Below, one piece after another: positions 10,032 through 19,798 of a stretch of DNA of 64,000 bases (positions within the stretch are counted from its first letter, which is position 1; each line of letters begins with the position of its first letter). Origin of the DNA: Prevotella sp. (GTDB lineage Bacteria > Bacteroidota > Bacteroidia > Bacteroidales > Dysgonomonadaceae). Below the pieces are notes generated by a model. It was not told the DNA's origin. It made no database searches and was given only the letters and a program-made list of their open reading frames with translations. The position numbers were made by a program, and so were the translations under genes. The DNA lies in assembly GCA_031285625.1 (NCBI GenBank), contig JAITVV010000048.1:37834-101833 (forward strand), written 5' to 3'.

Positions 10032-11015
10032 ATGAATACAGATCCTGATAAGATAAAACAACGCGTTCAAACCATAATAGTAACCTGCGGCGTTATATTG
10101 ATGGCTGGCAAATTTACGGCATACTTTCTGACCAATTCTGTTGGTATATTAACGGATGCTATGGAAAGTATTGTAAATGTCACTGCAGGATTTATCAGTC
10201 TTTACGCTATTCGTCAGGCCGCAAAACCTAAAGACGAGGACCATCCTTTCGGACATGGCAAAATAGAATTAATCTCAGCATCTATAGAAGGTATCCTTAT
10301 ATTTATAGCCGGAGGTGTAATTATATATGAAGGTATACAACGACTATTTACTCCGTCAATTATCGAAAAATTAGATATAGGTATTGTTGTTATTGCCACC
10401 GCAGGAGTTGTTAACTATCTACTGGGATGGTATAGCATACGGCAAGGGAAAAAATATGATTCGATCGCTCTAGTCGCCGGAGGTAAACATTTACAATCTG
10501 ATACTTATTCTACAATTGGGTTAGTTGTCGGACTAATCATGCTTTACTTTACCGGATTAGCCTGGATAGACAGTGCTCTGGCCATAATATTTGGCGGCAT
10601 AATATCCTTTACCGGAATAAGTATCTTACGCAAAACTATAAACAACCTGATTGATACAGCTGATAAAGAAGCATTGGAAATAATAACCAAATCAATCAGT
10701 GAAAACCGGAAACAAGATTGGATCGATATCCACAACCTGAAAGTACTAAAATATGGAGGCGACTATTTTATCGACTGTGACCTTACACTACCCTGGTACT
10801 ACAACATAACAGAGGGACATCAATCTTGCGAAGAGTTGAGAATGTGCCTCGTCAAATTATTTCCTCAGGGCGCACTTATTTCTATACATTCAGATTCCTG
10901 CCTCGAAAAATATTGTGCTGTATGCCCTGTAAAGGACTGCCAATACCGTAAAAAGGCCTTTACCGGCCTTGTACCATTTACGATGGAAAAACTAATTACA
11001 CAGGAAGAAAGCTGA
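10032..11015 (+). CDS. Cation diffusion facilitator (CDF) transporter
   Basis: TDAMES, DEDHPFGHGKIE, HLQSD; Cys-rich C-terminus. Confidence 0.9.
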   Translation: MNTDPDKIKQRVQTIIVTCGVILMAGKFTAYFLTNSVGILTDAMESIVNVTAGFISLYAIRQAAKPKDEDHPFGHGKIELISASIEGILIFIAGGVIIYEGIQRLFTPSIIEKLDIGIVVIATAGVVNYLLGWYSIRQGKKYDSIALVAGGKHLQSDTYSTIGLVVGLIMLYFTGLAWIDSALAIIFGGIISFTGISILRKTINNLIDTADKEALEIITKSISENRKQDWIDIHNLKVLKYGGDYFIDCDLTLPWYYNITEGHQSCEELRMCLVKLFPQGALISIHSDSCLEKYCAVCPVKDCQYRKKAFTGLVPFTMEKLITQEES

Positions 11016-11151
11016 AACTATTCTTTAAACAATTTACTCATTTTAAGTGTTTTTACCTAGGCAAAGGTTGTTACACCCTACCCTGCTATTTCTGATTATT
11101 ATTAAATATTTCACATCTTAAAAATTACCTTTGCACATATTTTACCATAAA

Positions 11152-12564
11152 ATGAAATTAAGCAAATCACATACCGTAGCATTAATAGTTGCCATAGCAT
11201 TTTTTATGCAGGGCTTAGATACTACTGCAGTAAACACTGCGATTCCGGCTATGGCCCGCTCTTTTGGAACAGATGTTGTGCACCTGAGTTCGGGGGTCAC
11301 ATCATATCTTATAGCCCTAGCAATCTTTATCCCGGTAAGTGGATGGATAGCAGATAGATATGGAATCCGGAAAGTATTCTGTACAGCAGTAATACTATTT
11401 ATACTGGCATCCGCATTATGTGGTATATCCCAATCACTTACACAATTTGTGATGTTCCGCATCTTTCAGGGAATGGCCGGAGCTATGATGACCCCTGTCG
11501 GACGTCTGGCTGTATTAAAGTCTTCAACGAAGGAAGATTTAGTAACAACAATGGCCTACATTACCTGGCCTGCACTTGTTGCCCCTATATTAGGCCCTTT
11601 AGTCGGCGGATATCTTACAACATATTGGTCATGGCATTGGATATTTTATCTGAATATCCCTATCAGTATAATATGTGTTGTTTTAGCATGGCATTTTATA
11701 CCCGAAGAAAAAGACGATGGCTTACCTAAGCGGAGATTCGATGCTGTCGGATTTGTTTTCAGCGGACTTGCCCTGGCAGGATTCATGTATGGAGTAGAAC
11801 TGCTTAGCCGTTCAGAAGTCCCCTATTATGTATCGGCTATAATTATCATTATTAGTGTATGTCTGCTATTATTCAATATCCGCTACTCAAAGCATATCTC
11901 TAATCCTCTGATAGATTATTCAATTGTGAAGATACCTACTTATAAAATTACAATATTTACAGGTTCTCTTTCCCGTATGGTGATTGGAGTAGCTCCATAC
12001 CTTGTCCCTCTGATGTTTCAGGAAGGTTTTGGATTAAATCCATTCCAATCGGGTATGCTGTTTTTGGCAACTATGGCTGGTAACCTGACGATGAAACCTG
12101 CTACAATTTGGATAATGAGGCATTACAATTTCCGCACGGTTTTGGTCGCTAACGGGTTCCTGGTTGCACTGTTTACATTCTTCACGGCCTTGCTGCTACC
12201 AACCACCCCTGTTATATTGATCGTAGTAGTTATGTTCTTGTCAGGTATGTTCCGCTCCATGCAGTTTAGCGCCATTACAACATTAGCTTTTGCCGAAATA
12301 CCTCAAAAAAGCATGACTGCAGCGAATACATTATATAGTACAGTACAACAAATGTCGACAGGTATGGGTATTGCAATGGGAGCTGTATTCCTCAGATTCT
12401 CCAATATGATAAATGGACATACCGAGCATTACACTGTAGCCGACTTTCGTCTTGCGTTCATATTTGTAGCCGCCCTTGGAATAATCTCACTATATGGCTT
12501 TACCAAACTTGCTCCGGATGCAGGTGATGCAGTAAGAGTAAAGAAAAGGGACAGGAATGCATAA
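11152..12564 (+). CDS. MFS transporter, DHA2-like (14 TM)
   Basis: LDTTAVNTAIP, GWIADRYG, WIFYLNIP; ATG at 11152 lies downstream of a TACCTTTG box. Confidence 0.9.
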   Translation: MKLSKSHTVALIVAIAFFMQGLDTTAVNTAIPAMARSFGTDVVHLSSGVTSYLIALAIFIPVSGWIADRYGIRKVFCTAVILFILASALCGISQSLTQFVMFRIFQGMAGAMMTPVGRLAVLKSSTKEDLVTTMAYITWPALVAPILGPLVGGYLTTYWSWHWIFYLNIPISIICVVLAWHFIPEEKDDGLPKRRFDAVGFVFSGLALAGFMYGVELLSRSEVPYYVSAIIIIISVCLLLFNIRYSKHISNPLIDYSIVKIPTYKITIFTGSLSRMVIGVAPYLVPLMFQEGFGLNPFQSGMLFLATMAGNLTMKPATIWIMRHYNFRTVLVANGFLVALFTFFTALLLPTTPVILIVVVMFLSGMFRSMQFSAITTLAFAEIPQKSMTAANTLYSTVQQMSTGMGIAMGAVFLRFSNMINGHTEHYTVADFRLAFIFVAALGIISLYGFTKLAPDAGDAVRVKKRDRNA

Positions 12565-12570
12565 ATTGAA

Positions 12571-12706
12571 AAAAGTAACAAAAGTGACACTTTTATGATA
12601 CATTTTTAAGTGTCACATTTTCTTGTTAGCTATTACGCTTCTCTTAGTAATTCTTAAAAAAGTAACAAAGGTAACAGTTCCGAATATGTTTTATTTGTTA
12701 CTTTTT
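12571..12706. repeat. Dispersed palindromic element of AAAAGTRACA pairs, two units
   Basis: AAAAGTAACAAAAGTGACAC...GTGTCAC and AAAAGTAACAAAGGTAACA...TTTGTTACTTTT; related copies at 32590 and 60353. Confidence 0.65.
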
Positions 12707-12911
12707 TCCTATACGATATCAAAGACCTCTTTATATAAGATAATTTTACAATTTAAATACTCCTCTCGTAAGACTATAAAATATCATGCTTTATTAAACA
12801 TCTAATATACTGCAAAATAACCTTGATATAAATTAATTCAAAACAAACGGATTCTTTGGTGAAGTAAATACCAACCCCCAATAAATATTAAAAACTTAGT
12901 TAATTAACTAA

Positions 12912-13016
12912 ATAGCCTGAACATAATATTATTATATGTGGTTATAGGCTATGTAGTTTTGTAAAGTTTGTGTTAAGGTATGAGAAAGTCCTGCGACGTG
13001 AGGTTGCGGGCTTTTT
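12912..13016 (+). ncRNA. Candidate sRNA, copy 1 of the 28-nt-core family
   Basis: 5' hairpin ATAGCCT..AGGCTAT, core TGTAGTTTTGTAAAGTTTGTGTTAAGGT (12952-12979), GTGA-loop terminator plus T tract; 5' end approximate. Confidence 0.65.
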
Positions 13017-13722
13017 AATTTATAATACTACTATTTCTTATTTTGCTTAGATCTACAATTTTTGTTTCCTCCATCGCCTCCTCATTCCGAAATGTGATCT
13101 CTATCTTATGATCAGGCATCTTTTTTATAACATTCTCATCTCCGTTTTCAAATTGCCATTCCCAAACAGGAAAATCAAAAAGATTATTCCATTTGTTTTC
13201 TTTATAGCTGAAAATATAATATGTATTGGTACTCGACCAATCTGCATAATTGACTAAATATAGTAATTCATCGCCTCCATCGCCATCCAGATCTCCTTTA
13301 TTATCCATAAAATACAGACCAAACAGTTGTCCTCCGGCATCAATAGTAGTAACAGTATCCGTTACATTATTTTTGTTGATAATATAGATTACGGGATCTA
13401 GTTTCATTGTCCGCTCCACCAATTCATCATAACTTATTTTATCTCCATATAAAAACAATGGAGAAGCTATCGCTCTATTGAGAACCCGGCTATAATAACA
13501 TACATACAATGTATCTGTTTTCCCATCTCCCTTCCAATTACCAGTAACCATTTCCGGAGTATAACCACTCAGAGATTGCGGAACTTCTTGAATATCCCAG
13601 TTTAAAGGAACTTTATTATCTGCAAGGCAAATCGAATCAATAATTACATTTCCGTTATTTGCTGTTTGATTTTTATTGCAGGATATAGTTGCTATAAAAA
13701 GTAAAATAATAATTTTTTTCAT
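13015..13722 (-). CDS. Hypothetical lipoprotein
   Basis: Lipobox ATISC; DLDGDGGDEL Ca-binding-like motif. Confidence 0.7.
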   Translation of the reverse strand: MKKIIILLFIATISCNKNQTANNGNVIIDSICLADNKVPLNWDIQEVPQSLSGYTPEMVTGNWKGDGKTDTLYVCYYSRVLNRAIASPLFLYGDKISYDELVERTMKLDPVIYIINKNNVTDTVTTIDAGGQLFGLYFMDNKGDLDGDGGDELLYLVNYADWSSTNTYYIFSYKENKWNNLFDFPVWEWQFENGDENVIKKMPDHKIEITFRNEEAMEETKIVDLSKIRNSSIIN

Positions 13723-14249
13723 ATTTAATTATCCGTTATTGATAAATAAACTTTCAGAGCATGTGTTATTATGTGTTTTCAAAAATAAAATATCAGGTAA
13801 ATTCGTAAATAAGCTTTCTTTTTCTTTTAGTTTCTTTGTAAATATATAAAAAAGAAAATATATCTCGCCAATATAGTAATAAACTATCAAATAAGCACTT
13901 ACTTAACCGGCATATATGTATAAAAAAAAATATAGCAATCCCTCCTGACATTAACTTATTAATAACTTACTTCAAATGAATGTAATACAGATTTTATAGA
14001 TATAAAAAAAATCAACCTATATAATTTTAACTTTTTTCTTCAATTATATTAATCTATATTTGCATTATAATCAAAGATTTGAGTAATTTTTTTACACTTT
14101 TCTAAATGCCATTACCTGAAACTAAAAGAATAGTTGAAGTGAAATGAAGTGTTAATATTAAGTACACAAATTGCTTTTGGACGGAATGATGCAAAGTCCG
14201 GGATCATTGATCCAGATTTCCAGCCGAAGCAAACTTTATAATCCTCCTC

Positions 14250-14278
14250 AGCCTCCGAACCCTCGGAGGTTATTTTTT
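14250..14278 (+). terminator. Terminator-like hairpin in the leader upstream of the metalloprotease gene
   Basis: AGCCTCCGA-ACCC-TCGGAGGTT then ATTTTTT. Confidence 0.65.
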
Positions 14279-14322
14279 AGATAACTTTACGATTAATGTT
14301 TTTTCTTCTGTAATTTAGCTGA

Positions 14323-15069
14323 ATGAATGGCAGACTACTTAAATATATAGTAATATTTTCCGCTTTTTCAGTGATACTACTCATTAGTATATGGGTATAC
14401 CGGGATGAACAAAGCAAGAAGGCTGAAAGCTTTAATAGTGAGTCGTTCAAAGCTATTGGATATACTAATAATGAATTTGACCTGTTTTGTGATATTGCCT
14501 TTAACAGAAATGGTGAACGAATAAGGAAATGGAGTACAGACATAAAGGTAGAAATAAAAGAACCACATAGACTGAATAGTAGCTCGATAGCTGAGGTTGA
14601 CTCTGTAATTGCTATATTGGGGCCATTAATAGCTCCGTTAAAAATAGAACGTGTGTGGAATAATGGAAATGTATATGTATACAGAAAAGTTGACAAGGTT
14701 AGACTATCCGATTATCATGCAAATGTACCGGTTGCTTTGAAAGGTCTTACCCAGAAGAATAAAGAGTCAGATTCTTCGTGGGAAATTAATTTTGCCAGCG
14801 TATATGTCAGAGAAGGTGCCAATACCCAGACTCTTCTCCATGAATTTGAACATGTACTGGGCCTGGAGCATCCATTGAGGATATACCCTTTTTATATAAC
14901 AATAGGACGATCCATAATACCTGAATTATTTTATTCAGAAACAGAACAGATTTATCTCAAACATCCTTTTTACATCTCTGAACAAGAAAAAACAGTAATA
15001 AGAATGTTATACTCTTCTGAAATAAAATCAGGACTGCACAAGGACAATTTTTTGAATAAAATGAGATGA
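14323..15069 (+). CDS. Membrane-anchored zinc metalloprotease-like protein (DUF2927-like)
   Basis: N-terminal TM segment; HEFEHVLGLEH matches HExxHxxGxxH. Confidence 0.7.
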   Translation: MNGRLLKYIVIFSAFSVILLISIWVYRDEQSKKAESFNSESFKAIGYTNNEFDLFCDIAFNRNGERIRKWSTDIKVEIKEPHRLNSSSIAEVDSVIAILGPLIAPLKIERVWNNGNVYVYRKVDKVRLSDYHANVPVALKGLTQKNKESDSSWEINFASVYVREGANTQTLLHEFEHVLGLEHPLRIYPFYITIGRSIIPELFYSETEQIYLKHPFYISEQEKTVIRMLYSSEIKSGLHKDNFLNKMR

Positions 15070-15178
15070 AAATATTGATTATTTTCCCCATCATCATGCT
15101 TCCCATCTGTTTACGACACATAGATTTGTGTGATATAAACGAAAAACTATATCTTTGATATCTCTAAATCACATAAAT

Positions 15179-16507
15179 ATGAATTGGCAACAGCTCTTAT
15201 CAGCAAAACGTTTTGGGATGGAACAGTATCATGATGACAAACAACATGACCGTACTGATTTTCAGAGGGATTATGACCGATTGATTTTTTCATCCCCTTT
15301 TCGCCGGCTCCAAAACAAGACTCAGGTATTTCCTTTACCTGTTAGTATTTTTGTTCACAACAGATTAACACATAGCATAGAAGTATCATGTGTGGGACGC
15401 TCTTTAGGGGTGGTGGTTGGCCGCGAATTAAGACGTAAATATCCTGATTCCACAGCTGACTTTGAAGAGATAAGCTCTATTATTGCTGCAGGATGTTTAG
15501 CTCATGATCTGGGAAATCCACCATTCGGTCATTCCGGAGAGACAGCAATATCAAGTTATTTCTCGGAAGGAAAAGGGAAACATCTGGAGAAAAAAATAAG
15601 AGAGGAAGGTAAGCGTTGGGAAGATTTTACCAATTTTGAGGGGAATGCTAATTCAATCCGTTTACTGATCCATCAGTTTAACGGACGTCGTAAAGGCGGA
15701 TTTGTGATGACTTATTCGATGCTGGCTTCCATAATCAAATATCCATATTCATCAGTTGCAGCAAATGGTAAAGGGAAATTCGGTTTTTTTGAATCGGAAG
15801 AGAATGATATCAGACAGATTGCAAACGAGTTGGGAATGCATTGCATCCAGAAAACCCCATTGAAATATTCAAGACATCCACTGGTTTATCTTGTAGAAGC
15901 AGCAGATGATATTTGTTATAAAATAATGGATATAGAGGATGCTCATAAATTAGGTTTACTCACTACCGATCAGACAAAGGAACTGTTTCTTGACTTCTTT
16001 GATAAAGAGAGGCAAGAGAAGATGCAAAAAACAATGCTGGTTGTGAGTGATATTAATGAGCAAATTGCTTATCTGCGTTCCAGTGTTATAGGACTACTTG
16101 TAAACGAATGTGCAGAAGTATTTATCAATAACGAACCTGCCATCCTGGATGGAAAGTTTGAAAGTTCATTAATCAAGCACATTTCAAGTTTACCGGATAA
16201 AGCTTATCGTGCAGCAACGGATATCAGCTACAAAAAGATATATAAAACAAAAGATGTGGTAGATATTGAATTAGCCGGACACCGTATTATAGGTTTTCTA
16301 CTAGATACATTTATAACAGCAATAGAGAATCCTGATGCAAAATACTCACAATTGATACTTAGCCGCATTCCCGAGCAATATGAAAAAGATGCTCCTTCTC
16401 TTTATCAGCGTATCTTATCTATACTGGATTTTGTTTCGGGTATGACAGATGTTTATGCCCTTGATTTGTATCGCAAGATTACAGGCATAAGTTTACCTAC
16501 TATTTAA
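15179..16507 (+). CDS. dgt: Deoxyguanosinetriphosphate triphosphohydrolase (HD-domain dGTPase)
   Basis: RDYDR..FRRLQNKTQV, HNRLTHS, HDLGNPPFGHSGE, EAADDICY, SGMTD. Confidence 0.92.
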   Translation: MNWQQLLSAKRFGMEQYHDDKQHDRTDFQRDYDRLIFSSPFRRLQNKTQVFPLPVSIFVHNRLTHSIEVSCVGRSLGVVVGRELRRKYPDSTADFEEISSIIAAGCLAHDLGNPPFGHSGETAISSYFSEGKGKHLEKKIREEGKRWEDFTNFEGNANSIRLLIHQFNGRRKGGFVMTYSMLASIIKYPYSSVAANGKGKFGFFESEENDIRQIANELGMHCIQKTPLKYSRHPLVYLVEAADDICYKIMDIEDAHKLGLLTTDQTKELFLDFFDKERQEKMQKTMLVVSDINEQIAYLRSSVIGLLVNECAEVFINNEPAILDGKFESSLIKHISSLPDKAYRAATDISYKKIYKTKDVVDIELAGHRIIGFLLDTFITAIENPDAKYSQLILSRIPEQYEKDAPSLYQRILSILDFVSGMTDVYALDLYRKITGISLPTI

Positions 16508-17288
16508 TTTCGTTATATAAAAATAATGTATTTTTAAGTTGTAAATCATAAATGAAAATGTCATTTTTTGACAAAATACTTGCCTCATAACAATTTAATA
16601 GATATATTTGCATTTGACAAGACAACAAGAACAACAATATCTAGACGAGACAGAATGCGGAATAAACGCCTTTTAGGGTTGAACACACTATCTTTTCAAG
16701 AAAATATTATAATCAATTCTCTAAAGGAATTGGTCATAATTTCTATTTTTATAAAAAAACAAATTTTATCAAAAATTGAGAATTTGATAGTTAGATTTAT
16801 CTTATTAGGAACAAAAAATGAGATTTATAAAAAATTATCCTAACACATTCTTTGTATACATTGCGAAGCAAATACATTTTGTAATTGGTAAATCAAACAA
16901 AGTTGTATTATTTCAGCAGCAAAAAATTAATAAAAATTTTAGTATATCAAAGTATGTTTTATCCTTTATCAAGAGAGATAAATATACAAATTCAATGCCT
17001 GGAGATGAGTGGAGATGTCATAAACTATTCACATTTGTATTTGTCTTCAATGTTTGTCCCTCCTATTTTCGTTCTAGAGCTTGTGAAAGTATTGAAAGGA
17101 AATCTCAGGTGTTGGATTTGTTTTTAATACAAAAACGTTTAATATAATTATATAAGGCCCTAAGCGTAAGGTCAGACAACAAGATTACATACTTCTCAAC
17201 TTGCAACGTTAGAAGTTACATACGATAAAAAGACAACAATAAAGACAACAAGTATATTATATCCACAAGCTTCAAAGACAAATTGACT

Positions 17289-18554
17289 ATGAAACTAAAA
17301 CTTTACTTATTACTATGTTTGGGCATATTCTGTTCCAAGCATACAAGTGCTCAAGTGACCATGGGGTCGAATAATCCACCAGAGGATTTTGCTATATTGC
17401 AACTTGACGGAACAAGCCAGGGATTACGTTTATCCAGGCTAGATACTAATCAGAGAGACCAGTTGACAAATACATTAGACGCAACAGGAAAACTGACAGC
17501 CCGCGGATTGATGATTTTTAATACAGAGACAGGGTCTATTGAATTCTTTGATGGTGCAGACTGGAAAGGTCTCTCTAAAGCTCCGACCTTTGACAATGGT
17601 ATTGAAAAAGATGGCGTAACCGGAAATGTTATTTTAGGGGGTAACCTACGTGAGGACACTGAAATATCACAAGGTGCAAACAAATTGAATTTTACAACTA
17701 CTACAGGCCTGTTCACTGTTAATACAGATCTATTACAAATTGGTAGTACAAATGTGACTGCCAGTAATGCCAATTTTTCCATCAATAATGGAACTAATGA
17801 TGTCATTAAAATAACAAAAACTTCTACCGGAAGCCAGATAGATGCTATAGTCGGAACAACAGGATTGAATGTTAATAATGGCGTATTTACAGCTGCAACA
17901 GGGAAAGTAACGATGGCTGGTACCGGAGGCAAACTGTCTTATACTTATCCTGTAGCATCAGGTGCTGCCGGTGACGCAATCAAGCCAAAAGCAGGAAGGA
18001 TTATATTTGCTGCTGATACAAAAGGATTGGCCAGATGGGGAGATATAACTCCTTCAACAGAGATTCAACCATTTAATATAACCAGAAATCAGGGATATCA
18101 TGGCACGAATGGTACGCCAAGTAATCAGGATAAAATAACTTCGACGACCACAGAACCTAACCTCACTTTTCAGGCTATAACAGATCCATTGACATTATCA
18201 AAGGGAAGGTGGCTTATAGCTGGAATGGTTTATACATATACATATGCATATGCAACATCAGGTACTGCTAATAAATTTGTATGGACCAGGATTTGCAGAA
18301 ATAACAGTGGAACATATTCACCTTTATTTACTACTGCCAACTTGGCCGAGCTTAAGACTGGGACTTCGACTAATGCCAACTCAGGAGCATATACAGCTAT
18401 TCAGATAATGTATATACTGAATGTAGAAACAGCAGGGCAATACAGAGTAGAGATGACTACTGCAATGCCTAACACGACTATGGTTGCAGGGTGGACAGGT
18501 ACCAGCCAGTTAAGAGCTGTTAAGGTAAGTGACAGAGCCGCAAGTGAGGACTAA
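17289..18554 (+). CDS. Secreted fibre/adhesin-like protein, paralog 1
   Basis: Signal peptide; QVTMGS..P..FAILQLDG..QGLRL, FFDGADW, LGGNL; Thr/Gly/Asn-rich beta shaft; LSKGRWLI head. Confidence 0.65.
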   Translation: MKLKLYLLLCLGIFCSKHTSAQVTMGSNNPPEDFAILQLDGTSQGLRLSRLDTNQRDQLTNTLDATGKLTARGLMIFNTETGSIEFFDGADWKGLSKAPTFDNGIEKDGVTGNVILGGNLREDTEISQGANKLNFTTTTGLFTVNTDLLQIGSTNVTASNANFSINNGTNDVIKITKTSTGSQIDAIVGTTGLNVNNGVFTAATGKVTMAGTGGKLSYTYPVASGAAGDAIKPKAGRIIFAADTKGLARWGDITPSTEIQPFNITRNQGYHGTNGTPSNQDKITSTTTEPNLTFQAITDPLTLSKGRWLIAGMVYTYTYAYATSGTANKFVWTRICRNNSGTYSPLFTTANLAELKTGTSTNANSGAYTAIQIMYILNVETAGQYRVEMTTAMPNTTMVAGWTGTSQLRAVKVSDRAASED

Positions 18555-18572
18555 TAATCTTATACACAAATT

Positions 18573-19778
18573 ATGAAAGTTATGAATAAATTATATATAT
18601 ATACATTAATTTTATTGTTTACAGTATTTTCTGTGAACGAGACCTTTGCTCAGGTTACTGCCGGGTCGAATAAAGTTCCTGCCAGCTTTAGTGTACTACA
18701 GCTTGACGGTACTACGGGAGGTTTACGCTTACCTCAGATATCAAATAAAAGCCTTATCAATATCAATTCCTCATCTTCTGCAGCCAGAAAACTTCTGGCT
18801 AGAGGACTTACCATCTATGACACTAACACCGGATGGGTAGAATATTGGAACGGGACAGACTGGGCTCCTGTATCTCAATCTTTATCAGTAACAAATGGCA
18901 TAAAGGAATATACAAACTATATCGGTTTAGGAGGTAATCTAGCTGAAGATACGCCTATAAACCTAAAGACATTTAATCTGAATTTAAAAACAAACTCGAC
19001 ATTAGGCAAATTCATTGTTAATACTAACGTATTACAGATTGATAACAGAAACATCCGCTTTCAGCCATCCCGTTTCTCTGTAAACACGAATCTTCTTTCT
19101 GTAACAAGTGATGCAATTACTTTAAATCCATATCTAGGTGGTACCGGTATTTACACCCTTAAATCAGTAAAAACTGATGGAACAGATACTGGAAATTCTA
19201 TAGTGGTGACAAATAATAATGTGCAAGTAAACGGAGATCTTTCGTACCGAGATAACGGGGACAATCCTGTAACTGTTGGTCATGCAATGGTTTCTATGGA
19301 TAATGGTGATGCTTATTGGGCACCATTAAAACCCGAAACCAGTTTTAGATATGGAACATTTCTATCAAGTGTAAGTATCACAAGAACTTCGACAAGTGAT
19401 ACATATTATACGAATATGACTACAACTCAGATCTCAGATACTCCTCTAACATTAACTCCAGGAAAATGGATGATATTTGCTTCTTATGCCACTACTTCTA
19501 CAGGCACTGCAGCTCAGAATGTAAACTATGTCTGGACATATTTGTATAAGCAGCCAACGAGTGGAGGAACAAAAGAATTAGTGACTGTTATGGGAAAGCC
19601 AACATCTTCGAATGATGCAAGCAGGACAACATTTCCCAATCTTGTATATGTTGTAGATGTTACGGAAGAAACAAATTTTACTCTCGAAAGCGGAACAAGG
19701 AATTATACTACATCTTTATCTTATAGCTATGATGCACCTTCATTCTTCGCAATGTCGATCATTGAAGCAGGTAAATAA
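18573..19778 (+). CDS. Secreted fibre/adhesin-like protein, paralog 2
   Basis: Same N-terminal motifs (QVTAGS..PASFSVLQLDG..GGLRLP, YWNGTDW, LGGNL); LTPGKWMIFA. Confidence 0.65.
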   Translation: MKVMNKLYIYTLILLFTVFSVNETFAQVTAGSNKVPASFSVLQLDGTTGGLRLPQISNKSLININSSSSAARKLLARGLTIYDTNTGWVEYWNGTDWAPVSQSLSVTNGIKEYTNYIGLGGNLAEDTPINLKTFNLNLKTNSTLGKFIVNTNVLQIDNRNIRFQPSRFSVNTNLLSVTSDAITLNPYLGGTGIYTLKSVKTDGTDTGNSIVVTNNNVQVNGDLSYRDNGDNPVTVGHAMVSMDNGDAYWAPLKPETSFRYGTFLSSVSITRTSTSDTYYTNMTTTQISDTPLTLTPGKWMIFASYATTSTGTAAQNVNYVWTYLYKQPTSGGTKELVTVMGKPTSSNDASRTTFPNLVYVVDVTEETNFTLESGTRNYTTSLSYSYDAPSFFAMSIIEAGK

Positions 19779-19798
19779 TAATACAAAATAAAATAATC

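Noticed and set aside
14186-14235. GATGCAAAGTC resembling the c-di-GMP-I riboswitch GACGCAAAGC
   Set aside because: The rest of the consensus (GGCAAAC, GAAA tetraloop and its receptor) is missing
15179-16507. dGTPase as an anti-phage system
   Set aside because: Looks like the ordinary housekeeping-type enzyme; no defence-island context
16568-17147. ORFs 16568..16843, 16818..17147 and 16885..17127
   Set aside because: Overlapping, mostly TTG starts, I/K/F/N-biased composition typical of spurious AT-rich ORFs
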